DNA from: an uncultured Thermoplasmatales archaeon
Lineage (GTDB): Archaea > Thermoplasmatota > E2 > UBA202 > DSCA01
Assembly (NCBI GenBank): GCA_964514975.1
Contig: CAZESS010000007.1
Location: 8,028 to 72,027 of the forward strand
Reading direction: 5' to 3'
Length of the DNA stretch: 64,000 nt
Shown in pieces: positions 36,262-46,049 of this stretch. Position 1 is the stretch's first letter. Every line of letters starts with the position of its first letter. A program made the translations under genes and the position numbers. The notes under the pieces were generated by a model. That model made no database searches, had not been told where the DNA came from, and saw only the letters and a program-made list of their open reading frames with translations.

Positions 36262-39200
36262 CTACCCCGTCCAGTGGTCCAGGATGACGATGACATCGGA
36301 GATGTTGATAACATCGTCCTGGTTCACGTCGACGGCTGCATCCCAGCCGGCGCTGGATGGCGTCTCCCCCCAGTGGTCGAGCACCAGCAGGACATCGGAG
36401 ACGTTGACGCTGCCGTCCCCGTTGACATCCCAGGGGTCATGGACAATCCAACAGGTGGCATCCGGCTTCGTTCCCTCCACCGGAAGCGGCTCTTGGCGGC
36501 CGACGTAGTCCTCCGCCACCGAGTAGAACTGGTAGTAGCCGCTGCCGTTGGGCGACCCGAACGACCATGCATACGTATCCGTGGCTGTTCCGTAGGGCAG
36601 CCAGGATGTCCAGGACGCGTTATCCTCGCTGTACCGGTAATACAGGGTGACCGATGCGACGCCGCCGTCATCCTGGGCAGCAGCCGTTATGTTCAGCGTC
36701 GTCCCGTGCCATCGCGACGGAAGAGCATGCACCTGTGATTGAGGGATGTCGCAGTCGACATACACGTCGTTCCATTCGACGACCTCGGTGGTGCCCGCCA
36801 TGTCGACGCTGTAAAACTCTATCTCATATTTCCCACATGGATCGTAGCCAAATGCTGCTCCGAGCGATGCCAGATCGATGGGGTCATACGGCGGATGCGG
36901 GTTCCACACCCCGTATTCCTGCCAGTTGAAGAGCATACGCCATGTACCCGTCGACTTCATCCACTTGTAGATGCGGTAGTATGTGTGGTTGATGCCTGAT
37001 GCACCATCCTGCGGAAGGTCGGTTGCATCCAGCGTGATGGTCGTGTTTGCGGTAATGAAATGCAGGACATATTCGCCATGGCCCTGGAAGTAGGTCACGT
37101 TGTGGACGATGCCGTGGAATACCTTGTGAGTGTCCGGCGGCTGCGCGCTGACGGTCGCGTTTGCCCAGGCCCGGTCGGAGAGCCCCTCGTCACAGGTCAC
37201 GTCCACCCGGTTGTGCAGCGTGTCTCCCTCCTGAGCCACGGGCAGCACGTCTGCATGTACGGTTATCGTGAACTGGTCTCCCGCCTGGAGCACATCGAGG
37301 TTCCATGTCGTGTTGGCCGTGTTGTTCGGCATCGGGGAGGCAGTGCTGAAGCGAACGTGCGGGTCATATGTCTCCGTTACCACCACGTCTGTGGCGGGCG
37401 CCGTGCCGGTGTTGTTCACCCGTATAGTATACACGAGATGGCCCTGTTTTTCCACGGTTGTCGGGGAGACCTGTTTGTCGATTGAGATGTTGGGGTGGGA
37501 CACCACCGTGGTGTTTTCCTGTGCCGTGTCCTCGACGCCATCCGAGCAGGTGACGTGCACGGTGTTCAGGAGCATCGTTCCATTTTTGACCGACTCGACG
37601 TGCACGCGGATGACGATGTGTTTGCTCTCGCTGACGTTCACCCGGGATATATTCCATATCGTGGTGCCGCTCGACGGCATCGGCGATGCATCGACATAGC
37701 TCACGTTGGCGTCATACAGCTCCGTCACCACCACGTTGGTGGCGTTGGCGTTCGCGGTCGCGCTGTTGTTGACCCATACGTGGTAGGTGAGGTTCTGTCC
37801 CGCCTCTACCGGGTCCACGCTGTCGGTTTTTTCGATGGTGAGCTCGGGTGACGAGGATATCTGCATGGCGGTGCCATTGCAGCTCACCATGTCATTGCTA
37901 TAGTTACCATTGCTATCCCAGTGCACACAGGCCGTATTGTTCACCCATGTGCCATTATCCAGCGGCACTGCAACCGTCACGTTAAACCCAACCATGATGG
38001 AATCATTCACCGGCACCACGCCATCCCACACCACACTCCCATTCACACTGTCAAACAACGCGCTCCCATCGCTCCACACCAGCGAACCCGGCACATAGGC
38101 AGTATGCCCGGGAATCGTATCGACCAGCTCATGCCCCGAATTGTTGTACTGCGGCATCGTCCCCGAGTTGTTCACCCAGAGGGTATAGCATACCAGGTCA
38201 CCCGGCTCAAGACTCCCGCCATCAACATCCACCATATGCTTTACGATAGATATCTCGGGCGAGGACACCACCTGCGTCGTCTCATAGGTCTCATCAAAGC
38301 AGCCCTCCCCGCATGTCACGTTGACCGTGTTGTTCAGCACCGTGTTATCGAGCGCCGATGCAACCTGAACGGTGACATTGATCGTCCAGCTCTCGTTCGC
38401 CACGAGCAACGACCGGTTCCACAACGTGGTGCCAGTCGACGGCATCGGCGACGCATCGACATAGCTTACGTTGGCGTCATAGGTCTCGATGACCGTCAGA
38501 TCGGTGGCGTTGGCGTTCCCCGTGTTGGAAACCATGATGGTATAGTTGAGCATGGATCCCGGCTGCGTCGTATTATCACTATCGGTCTTGATGATGGTGA
38601 GCTCGGGTGACGAGGATATCTGCATGGCGGTGCCATTGCAGCTCACCATGTCATTGCTATAGTTACCATTGCTATCCCAGTGCACACAGGCCGTATTGTT
38701 CACCCATGTGCCATTATCCAGCGGCACTGCAACCGTCACGTTAAACCCAACCATGATGGAATCATTCACCGGCACCACGCCATCCCACACCACACTCCCA
38801 TTCACACTGTCAAACAACGCGCTCCCATCGCTCCACACCAGCGAACCCGGCACATAGGCAGTATGCCCGGGAATCGTATCGACCAGCTCATGCCCCGAAT
38901 TGTTGTACTGCGGCATCGTCCCCGAGTTGTTCACCCAGAGGGTATAGCATACCAGGTCACCCGGCTCAAGACTCCCGCCATCAACATCCACCATATGCTT
39001 GTCTACGGTGAGCATCGGTGTTGATATGACGGTTGTTTCTTCCCAGGTATGGTTTGTTGCGCCCTCCTGGCATGTCACGGTGACGGTATTGTTGAGCACT
39101 GTTCCGTTGTCGAGCCCGTGGGCGACGGTGACGGTGACGGTGATGGTTTTTGTTTCGTTGACGGCGAGGTCGAACAGCCATGTGTCGTTCCCTGCGCTGG

Positions 39201-42200
39201 GAGCCGGGGTGGCGCTGCTGTAGGAGACGTTTGTGTCGTAAAACTCGGTGAGGTTGACGTTTGTGGCGTTGCGGTTGCCATTGTTGTGGACGGTGACCGT
39301 GTAGGTGAGAGATGCGCCCGGCTGCACCGGGTCCGGCGTATCGGTTTTGTTGATTGCGAGGATGGGCTCATATGTTTCGACGTAAAATGTTTCGTTGTCG
39401 TAGCGGACGTGGCCGAGGCAGTCGCCGGCTCTGATGTCGAGGGTGTGGATGCCCGCGGGCAGCGTGACGTTGACCGGCGGCGTGACCGGTGTCCATTGGC
39501 CGCTGTCGATGCGATAGGCAACGGTCATGCTGGGGCAGCATCCGGGCGTGGCGTCGATGGTGATGTTGGTGGCCGTCGTGATGTTGTAGTCGGTGGCGAC
39601 GTCGCCGTCGTAGTCTACCTGTGGCGTGCCGACGGTTTTGATGATGGTCGGCGCGGTGTCGTCGACGCAGAAGGTGAGGTTGCGATGGGTTGTGTGGCCG
39701 AGGCAGTCATAGGCGGTTACGTTGAGCCAGTGGATGCATTCCTCGGCGAAATAATGCATGAAGGGCAGGTCGGTGGCCTGCGTCCAGCCGCTGCCGTTGT
39801 TGTATATGACGGTCATGCTTGGACAGCATCCGGCATCGGTGGCGTCGATGGATACCGGCGTGGATGTGGTGACGCAGTAGTCTGCAATGCCCACGTCGGT
39901 GCAGTTCGGCTGGCCGACGTCGATGGTGATGGATGGCGCCGCGTCGTCGACATGCAGCGTGACGTTGTGGTATCCGGTGGCGGGCCAGCGGTTACCGAGG
40001 GCGTCCTCGGCCCATACGCCCAGGACATGGGTGCATGTTTCGTCGATGACCAGCGAGGTGTTGCCGGCGCTGCTCCCGCTGTCGTAGAGCCCGGTGCTGT
40101 TCCAGATGGCCCAGTGGATGACGATGCCGCCGACGGTGCAGTTCGGGGTGCTGCCGGCGTCGGTCGCGTTGAGCCACACGGGCGTGTCGGGAGTGATACA
40201 GTATTCGCTTCCGGCGCTGATTTCGCAGTGCGGCTGGCCGATGTCGACGCCTGCCGCTGGAGGTGTGGTATCGACATGGTGGGTCTGCTGCTGCCATGGC
40301 TCCTCGTTGGACAGGGCATCCCGGGCTTTCCATCGTATCCGGTGGTAGCATGATTCGTTGAATGTGACGACGGTGTTGATGGAGCCATCCGCAGGGTTGT
40401 CGTCGTGGGGGCCGTTGTCATCGACCACCCGTGATAGCACTATTTCGCCGGGCTGGAATATCCCGTCCTGGTTTGCGTCCCGATGGATTTCGATGGTGAT
40501 TTGTTGTACGCCGACGGTGCAGGTGCCCGTGTCGCTGGCGTTTATGTACAAGGGCGTGTCGGTGGTCACGAAGTCGTCATATCGCGGGGTGCCGATTTCC
40601 TTCGCTGACGTTGGCGTGGTGTCGTCCACGTGGAAGGTTTCGTTGTCGAGGGTTTCATGCCCCAGGCAGTCCCTGGCGCGTATCTCGAGGTAATGGGTGC
40701 ATTCCTCGCCGAACGAGAGGTCGTGGGGCAGCAGGGCGGTGATGTTGACCCAGGGCGTCCAGCTTCCGTTCCACCATATCCGGTATTCCACGGTCATGCC
40801 GGGGCAGCAGCCGGGGTTGTCCGCGTCGATGGTGATGGGCGTGCCGGTTGTGACGTAGTATTCCTCCTCCGGCGTTACGGTTACATGTGGGTCTCCGACG
40901 GTTTTGATGATGGATGGCGCGGTGTCGTCGACACAGAACGTGTGGTTGCTGTAGGCTGACTGGTCGAAGCAGGTATATGCGGTGACGTTGAGCCACTGGA
41001 GCCCCTGGCTTGAAAAATAATGGGTGTATGGCATCTGGTCGGTGATGTCGGTCCAACCACTGCCGGTGTCGTACATGACCGTCATGTTGGGGCAGCAGCC
41101 GTTCGTGACGGTGATGGTGACAGGGGTGGCAGTGGTGACGCAGTAATCAGCGGCGCCCGCGTTGGTGCAGTTCGGCTGCCCGACGTCGATGTCGATATCC
41201 GGGATTGAGTTGTCAACATAGAAGGTATGGTTGTCGACCTGCTGGTTGCCGACATTGTCCATCGCCCTGATTTCAAGGTAATGCTGGCAGGAATGTGAAA
41301 ACGTGAAGCCGTCCCCGGGCGTAATCGCCGTCCAGTCTGTCCAGGACCCGTTCCACCAGATCCGGTATTCCAACTGCTGGAGGCCGGCGCCGCCCGCGCA
41401 TCCCTCGTCGCTGGCATCAAGCGTTATGAGCGTCTGAGAGGTGACGCAGTACCCGTCATCCGTCGGACAGTGCGGGTCGCCAATAGTCATGTCGATCGGC
41501 GGCGGCGTGACATCCACATGTATCTCGTGCTCGTCAGGGGAAATCCGGCGTGGTTCCTCCAGACACCAGAAGGTGTCACGGTGACCGTTTTCGTCGCCCC
41601 AGTCGTAGAACAATATCTCTGCGGCGCCGTCGCCATCGATGTCGGCGACAGTGGGAGACGTATGAATCGGGCCGTTGGTCAGATACCGGGATGCCAGGGA
41701 GCCATTGCTGCCGTACAGCTTGTACAGGTATCCGTCGTCAGAGCCGATGAACACGTGCAGGCCGTTGCCGGGCACGACATCGCTTTCATAGACCCCCGTG
41801 CGGCGGCAGTCATGCCGGAACATCGGCCACTGCAGCGGGAACAACGGCGGAGACTGGCTGAAAGATGCCGAGGAATACACCGCACCACCGGTGGTGTACT
41901 GCCATTCCATGCCGCCATTCGCGTCCACGCAGTATACGGTGCCGTCAACGGAGCCGAAGACGATTTCCGGATACCCGTCACCGTCGACATCGCCAACGGA
42001 CGGCGACGAATACACCGCACCACCCGTGCTGACATTCCACTGCTCCGCGCCGGTTTTCCCGTCGATGCAGTAGAGACGGCTGTCGTTCGAGCCGACGAGC
42101 ACCTCCATCCAGGGGTCTCCATCGGGCAGGTTGACGAGCGCTGCAGACGAATAGACAGCTTTTCCGGTGGTGAAGCTCCATTTTGGCGTCCCGTCGTGAT

Positions 42201-43407
42201 TTATCGCATAGATGGTGCCGTCGAGTGAGCCGACGACAACGTCGAGGGGTCCGTCCCGGTCTATGTCGGCGACCGCAGGTGAGGCGATGACGGGCTGGCT
42301 GTTGTTATATACCCAGAGGACATCCCAGTCTGTTCCCTCGATGCCGAGTGGGCCTTCGTCCCATGGGAAATAAGCCGGGTTGATGGTGAGATCGTCGTCG
42401 GCGCCGTCGCTGTTGTCACCGTCGAAGCACCAGACGTTGTGATAGGGATTGTTGCCGATGATAATTTCTTTGCCGCGGAGGTGTGAGCCGCCGAGGATGT
42501 CGGCGACCGCGGGCGAGGAATGCCAGCAGAAGCTGCCCTCCCGGTGGGTGGTGTTGGGAAACGTCCATATGAAGCCGCCGCTCGCGTTCATAACCTCGAC
42601 GTTCCATCCACTCGTCGTCCCGGCTGCTATCTCAAGCGTGCCGGCGGGGTCGTTGTCGATGTTGCAGACCGCGGGTGAGCTCCGGGCCTCATCGGTCCCG
42701 GTGGGTTTGACCCAGAGGATGGTGCCATTGGGATGCCAGCATCGCCAGATGCCGCCCTCCCGCTGGCTGGTGTTAGTTTCGGGGTAGACATTGCGTGTTT
42801 CGTCGCTGCCGCAGATGATTTCGTATCCCTGCGCGGGGTTGAGATCCGCCACGGCGGGAGACGAGCCGAAGGCCATTTTTTTGTACTGGCTTTGCGGCCA
42901 TTCGTCGCTGAACATGTGGGTGACGATGCGCTGGAACGTATAGTTCCATTCCTTCTGGAGCTGATGCCCCCCGGTGACGGGGACGTTGCCCGCGGTGTCG
43001 GCCGCGTAGAGCATTATTTTGTGGTGACATGAGTCGTCGATGCTGGTTTGCGCTGCTATGCCGCCCGTGGGGTCGTGGTCCTGCGACGTGTCATTGAACA
43101 CGGTGTCGGTTTCCACCAGGGTTTCATAGTCGCCGTCGTCGTCGGCGTCGAGCCAGATGCTGTAGTTGAGGAATGCGACGTCGCTTTCGGCGTCGGTGGC
43201 GTTGAGCCAGATTGTGGTCTGCGGCGAAATCCAGAGATGGGTGCCGTTGTACATCGGCCCTTCGTATTCCACCGTTGCATCGGGCGGGGTGGTGTCGTCT
43301 CTCATCTCCCCCTCTGCACCATATATGTGCACCGAGAGGATGGCGGTCAATGCTACGAGAAACAAAAAGAACGTGATGGCTCGCTTGCTGAGAGTGCGCG
43401 ATTGCAT
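36262..43407 (-). CDS. Giant secreted protein (2381 aa): FG-GAP/PQQ-like propeller, Cys-rich Ig modules, DUF11 repeats, C-terminal dockerin-like domain
   Basis: SSPAVAD repeats; GCCP modules; KTD..DPV..G..LTY DUF11 repeats; DVNGDGSVNVSD/DVNQDDVINISD duplicated EF-hand-like motif. Confidence 0.88.
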   Translation of the reverse strand: MQSRTLSKRAITFFLFLVALTAILSVHIYGAEGEMRDDTTPPDATVEYEGPMYNGTHLWISPQTTIWLNATDAESDVAFLNYSIWLDADDDGDYETLVETDTVFNDTSQDHDPTGGIAAQTSIDDSCHHKIMLYAADTAGNVPVTGGHQLQKEWNYTFQRIVTHMFSDEWPQSQYKKMAFGSSPAVADLNPAQGYEIICGSDETRNVYPETNTSQREGGIWRCWHPNGTILWVKPTGTDEARSSPAVCNIDNDPAGTLEIAAGTTSGWNVEVMNASGGFIWTFPNTTHREGSFCWHSSPAVADILGGSHLRGKEIIIGNNPYHNVWCFDGDNSDGADDDLTINPAYFPWDEGPLGIEGTDWDVLWVYNNSQPVIASPAVADIDRDGPLDVVVGSLDGTIYAINHDGTPKWSFTTGKAVYSSAALVNLPDGDPWMEVLVGSNDSRLYCIDGKTGAEQWNVSTGGAVYSSPSVGDVDGDGYPEIVFGSVDGTVYCVDANGGMEWQYTTGGAVYSSASFSQSPPLFPLQWPMFRHDCRRTGVYESDVVPGNGLHVFIGSDDGYLYKLYGSNGSLASRYLTNGPIHTSPTVADIDGDGAAEILFYDWGDENGHRDTFWCLEEPRRISPDEHEIHVDVTPPPIDMTIGDPHCPTDDGYCVTSQTLITLDASDEGCAGGAGLQQLEYRIWWNGSWTDWTAITPGDGFTFSHSCQHYLEIRAMDNVGNQQVDNHTFYVDNSIPDIDIDVGQPNCTNAGAADYCVTTATPVTITVTNGCCPNMTVMYDTGSGWTDITDQMPYTHYFSSQGLQWLNVTAYTCFDQSAYSNHTFCVDDTAPSIIKTVGDPHVTVTPEEEYYVTTGTPITIDADNPGCCPGMTVEYRIWWNGSWTPWVNITALLPHDLSFGEECTHYLEIRARDCLGHETLDNETFHVDDTTPTSAKEIGTPRYDDFVTTDTPLYINASDTGTCTVGVQQITIEIHRDANQDGIFQPGEIVLSRVVDDNGPHDDNPADGSINTVVTFNESCYHRIRWKARDALSNEEPWQQQTHHVDTTPPAAGVDIGQPHCEISAGSEYCITPDTPVWLNATDAGSTPNCTVGGIVIHWAIWNSTGLYDSGSSAGNTSLVIDETCTHVLGVWAEDALGNRWPATGYHNVTLHVDDAAPSITIDVGQPNCTDVGIADYCVTTSTPVSIDATDAGCCPSMTVIYNNGSGWTQATDLPFMHYFAEECIHWLNVTAYDCLGHTTHRNLTFCVDDTAPTIIKTVGTPQVDYDGDVATDYNITTATNITIDATPGCCPSMTVAYRIDSGQWTPVTPPVNVTLPAGIHTLDIRAGDCLGHVRYDNETFYVETYEPILAINKTDTPDPVQPGASLTYTVTVHNNGNRNATNVNLTEFYDTNVSYSSATPAPSAGNDTWLFDLAVNETKTITVTVTVAHGLDNGTVLNNTVTVTCQEGATNHTWEETTVISTPMLTVDKHMVDVDGGSLEPGDLVCYTLWVNNSGTMPQYNNSGHELVDTIPGHTAYVPGSLVWSDGSALFDSVNGSVVWDGVVPVNDSIMVGFNVTVAVPLDNGTWVNNTACVHWDSNGNYSNDMVSCNGTAMQISSSPELTIIKTDSDNTTQPGSMLNYTIMVSNTGNANATDLTVIETYDANVSYVDASPMPSTGTTLWNRSLLVANESWTINVTVQVASALDNTVLNNTVNVTCGEGCFDETYETTQVVSSPEISIVKHMVDVDGGSLEPGDLVCYTLWVNNSGTMPQYNNSGHELVDTIPGHTAYVPGSLVWSDGSALFDSVNGSVVWDGVVPVNDSIMVGFNVTVAVPLDNGTWVNNTACVHWDSNGNYSNDMVSCNGTAMQISSSPELTIEKTDSVDPVEAGQNLTYHVWVNNSATANANATNVVVTELYDANVSYVDASPMPSSGTTIWNISRVNVSESKHIVIRVHVESVKNGTMLLNTVHVTCSDGVEDTAQENTTVVSHPNISIDKQVSPTTVEKQGHLVYTIRVNNTGTAPATDVVVTETYDPHVRFSTASPMPNNTANTTWNLDVLQAGDQFTITVHADVLPVAQEGDTLHNRVDVTCDEGLSDRAWANATVSAQPPDTHKVFHGIVHNVTYFQGHGEYVLHFITANTTITLDATDLPQDGASGINHTYYRIYKWMKSTGTWRMLFNWQEYGVWNPHPPYDPIDLASLGAAFGYDPCGKYEIEFYSVDMAGTTEVVEWNDVYVDCDIPQSQVHALPSRWHGTTLNITAAAQDDGGVASVTLYYRYSEDNASWTSWLPYGTATDTYAWSFGSPNGSGYYQFYSVAEDYVGRQEPLPVEGTKPDATCWIVHDPWDVNGDGSVNVSDVLLVLDHWGETPSSAGWDAAVDVNQDDVINISDVIVILDHWTG
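37834..39000. repeat. 408-bp direct repeat (37834-38241 and 38593-39000) encoding a DUF11-like domain
   Basis: The copies look identical by eye and give identical shadow ORFs in the track; offset 759 bp. Confidence 0.9.
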
Positions 43408-43668
43408 GCTTAAATAATGCTCATGTGTTTTTTAAGTTTGCTGCTCACCCGTTGCGAGTTGTGAAGAAAGATGCGGCCATGGGTGAGACCCTCATTGAGG
43501 ATGCCGTGACACGGAAGACATCCCGCGGGAACAGTATGCCAGAGGGAGGACACACATACAGGATATTGCGCTCAGTGTACTCTGGATGGATGTCGGAATA
43601 TTCAGAGATGCATCCGATGACGTGGAGCCCCGCTATCCGTTGCGGATATCACCGGGGGTTCACAGGGC

Positions 43669-45843
43669 CTATGGCAGCAGATGGAAAAATGTGAACAGCG
43701 CCTCGAGCAGCGTTTCGAGCAGCGGCATGCCCGTGCCGGTGAGCGGCATCGTGACGGGCATGGGATCGGACCATTCGCTTTCGGCGCCCTTGCTATCCCG
43801 TGCCTTGACCTTTATCTCGTAGCTTCCCCTGCGCATCCATCGGTGTTCGGCGCTGACTGTTTCGCCGGGCTCATGGGGGCCGAGCCATTCGCTGGTGGAG
43901 CCGTCGCCCCAGTCGAACATGTAGGAGACGCTGTCCCCGTCGGGGTCGGTGGTTGATGCGTTGTAGGTGTACTCCCGCCATCGTTTGCCGTCCGCCGGCC
44001 CCGTCGGCGCAGATGGCGTGTGCGGCGGATTGTTTTCGGCCGGGGTGTACGCGATTGACAGCGACGGGTCGCCGAAGGCCTGCCATTCCTCGATGGTTTT
44101 GTAGTCGGCCGCGTCCATGCCGCCGCCGAGATAGCTCTCAATGGTTGTCCCCCAGAGCTCGCCGAACGTGTCGGCGCCCCTGTCCTGGAATGACCTGAAT
44201 GACTCGATTTCCATTTTGCCGACCAGGCCGTATGTGATGTATTTCCCGGTGTACACGTATCCGAGGCCGCTGCAGCCGAGGGTGGCGATGCCGCCGCCGT
44301 CGGGGTTGCTGATGAACGACCAGCCGAAGCAGTTGTCATCGTCGGTGTATTTGGCGGTTGAGCAGGCGCCGGTGACCACGACGGGGAGCATGTCGCTGTT
44401 GGACAGGCTGTCGACGTCCGATGTCTTGTAGCCGTTGGGGCGTGGTATCCATGAATATTTGCTGCCGTTGTGGGGATGTGTCGCCCATAGCTCCGGGTTG
44501 CCATGCCCGGAGAACTCGACGAAGCCCGCACCGTTCTCGATGGCGTCCTTGATGTTTTGTTTTTCGTATACTTTTCCGTTTGACTCCCATATCCGTTCGG
44601 GGCGGAAGGTATCCATGATGTCTATGATTTCGCTGTTGATGAGCTCGCCCTCGTTGACGCCGGATGTTTCGCCGTATGCGTCGGTGAAGGAGTCGCCGCC
44701 GACGACCACGAGGTTGGTGAACCATGGCTGGGAGCTCGACTCGGATGTTTCGTAGGCGATGATTTTGTCGACCGAGGTGGTTACCTCGCCCGTGCTGGTG
44801 CATGCCAGCCTGCCCAGGTAGACATCCGGATAGAGGTCGACGATGTCCGTGTTTCCATTCCAGTTGTATTCGCCGAACACGTTGTTTTCGTTGGTGTCCC
44901 AGCTGGCGAACCCGCCGGTGCCATTGTACACGTCGGCATAGTAAAGATCGGATGGGAAAATCTCGTCGTCGCTGTCGCCGACCTCGACATGGGTTTCCCG
45001 TACCGGGAATTCGTCTGCGCCGCCGACGAGCATGACATAGGTGACCCCCCAGTTTTCTATGGCGTCGCGGATGAAATATTTTATCCGCTCCTGTTCGTCC
45101 CGTCCCTCCGGGGTGAAGTAGACGCCGTTTTTGATGTCGTCGAGCGTCACCAGCTTGCTGTCCACGTTGCGTGACTCCTTGTGGGAGACCAATCGTTCAA
45201 GCGGCTGGCTGAACGTCTCGGGCGTGATGACGAGCAGGTCGTATGCATCGTTCGCCGCCGGCAGCGGAGCCGGGCGTGGCTGGTCAAGCCTTATTTCCAC
45301 GGTGACCGTGTCGGCATACTGCAGCGTGTCGTCAGCGGGGATGTACCGGGCGGGAAACGCCGACACCGACAGGGAGAGCACGTGTCGCCCGTCCTGCAGG
45401 CCGGCCCGTGTGTCCCAGGTTGCCCATGATGACGGATACGGTGAATCGCTGGTATATATGGATCCCTCGGCCGGTGCTGTCGGTTGTTGTCCGTTCAGCC
45501 GGGTGGGCTGCGGAGACGGGCAAAGCTTGCTGGAAAGCGACATGGTTTTGATGGATGACGTCTCTACATGGACATCCTTGATACGGGTGCCAAATGGAAG
45601 CGTCTGCATCGTCGTCCGGACGGGCAGCAATGGCGCGCCGGGCTGCACGTGATACCCGGTGGTTTCGTCCATGAACAGTTTAAGGTATTCTCCTTCCCGT
45701 TCGAGGGCGGGCGATGAAAAATGAAATGTTATCTGTCTGGACTCCAGGCCGCCGGTGTCTCCTCCATCCGCCATGACGTGTCCCATTGAGCTCACGACAA
45801 AAAGTACTGCCAGCATGACGCTGATACCGTGTTTTGTTTCCAT
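43669..45843 (-). CDS. Secreted C25 (gingipain-family) cysteine peptidase with propeptide and PKD domain
   Basis: PGAPLLPV propeptide, YVMLVG, SDLYYAD, YLGRL, FSGHG (His), GACST (Cys), FGDPS; C-terminal amphipathic LLETLLEALFTFF. Confidence 0.9.
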   Translation of the reverse strand: METKHGISVMLAVLFVVSSMGHVMADGGDTGGLESRQITFHFSSPALEREGEYLKLFMDETTGYHVQPGAPLLPVRTTMQTLPFGTRIKDVHVETSSIKTMSLSSKLCPSPQPTRLNGQQPTAPAEGSIYTSDSPYPSSWATWDTRAGLQDGRHVLSLSVSAFPARYIPADDTLQYADTVTVEIRLDQPRPAPLPAANDAYDLLVITPETFSQPLERLVSHKESRNVDSKLVTLDDIKNGVYFTPEGRDEQERIKYFIRDAIENWGVTYVMLVGGADEFPVRETHVEVGDSDDEIFPSDLYYADVYNGTGGFASWDTNENNVFGEYNWNGNTDIVDLYPDVYLGRLACTSTGEVTTSVDKIIAYETSESSSQPWFTNLVVVGGDSFTDAYGETSGVNEGELINSEIIDIMDTFRPERIWESNGKVYEKQNIKDAIENGAGFVEFSGHGNPELWATHPHNGSKYSWIPRPNGYKTSDVDSLSNSDMLPVVVTGACSTAKYTDDDNCFGWSFISNPDGGGIATLGCSGLGYVYTGKYITYGLVGKMEIESFRSFQDRGADTFGELWGTTIESYLGGGMDAADYKTIEEWQAFGDPSLSIAYTPAENNPPHTPSAPTGPADGKRWREYTYNASTTDPDGDSVSYMFDWGDGSTSEWLGPHEPGETVSAEHRWMRRGSYEIKVKARDSKGAESEWSDPMPVTMPLTGTGMPLLETLLEALFTFFHLLP

Positions 45844-46000
45844 TCCAATCCCTACTAACTGTATTTTTGGGTTTTATATAAAGATTGTCGTGGGACAAGG
45901 AAATCAAACATCACGGTGTTATATGCCCATGTGTCGTGGGTAATGGAGCCTCGAAACATGGAAAATCATCGGAAAAGGGTGGTTTGTCGTACAAAAAAGG

Positions 46001-46049
46001 GTGTTAAAAAAGATATAAAAAAAGGGGAAAAGAAAGGGAAAAGGGTGGT
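46001..46049 (-). terminator. Pyrimidine-rich archaeal terminator
   Basis: ACCACCCTTTTCCCTTTCTTTTCCCCTTTTTTT on the transcript directly after the stop. Confidence 0.6.

Noticed and set aside
37834-39000. DGR template/variable repeat pair
   Set aside because: The copies appear identical, with no adenine-specific mismatches, both are coding, and no reverse transcriptase is in the window.
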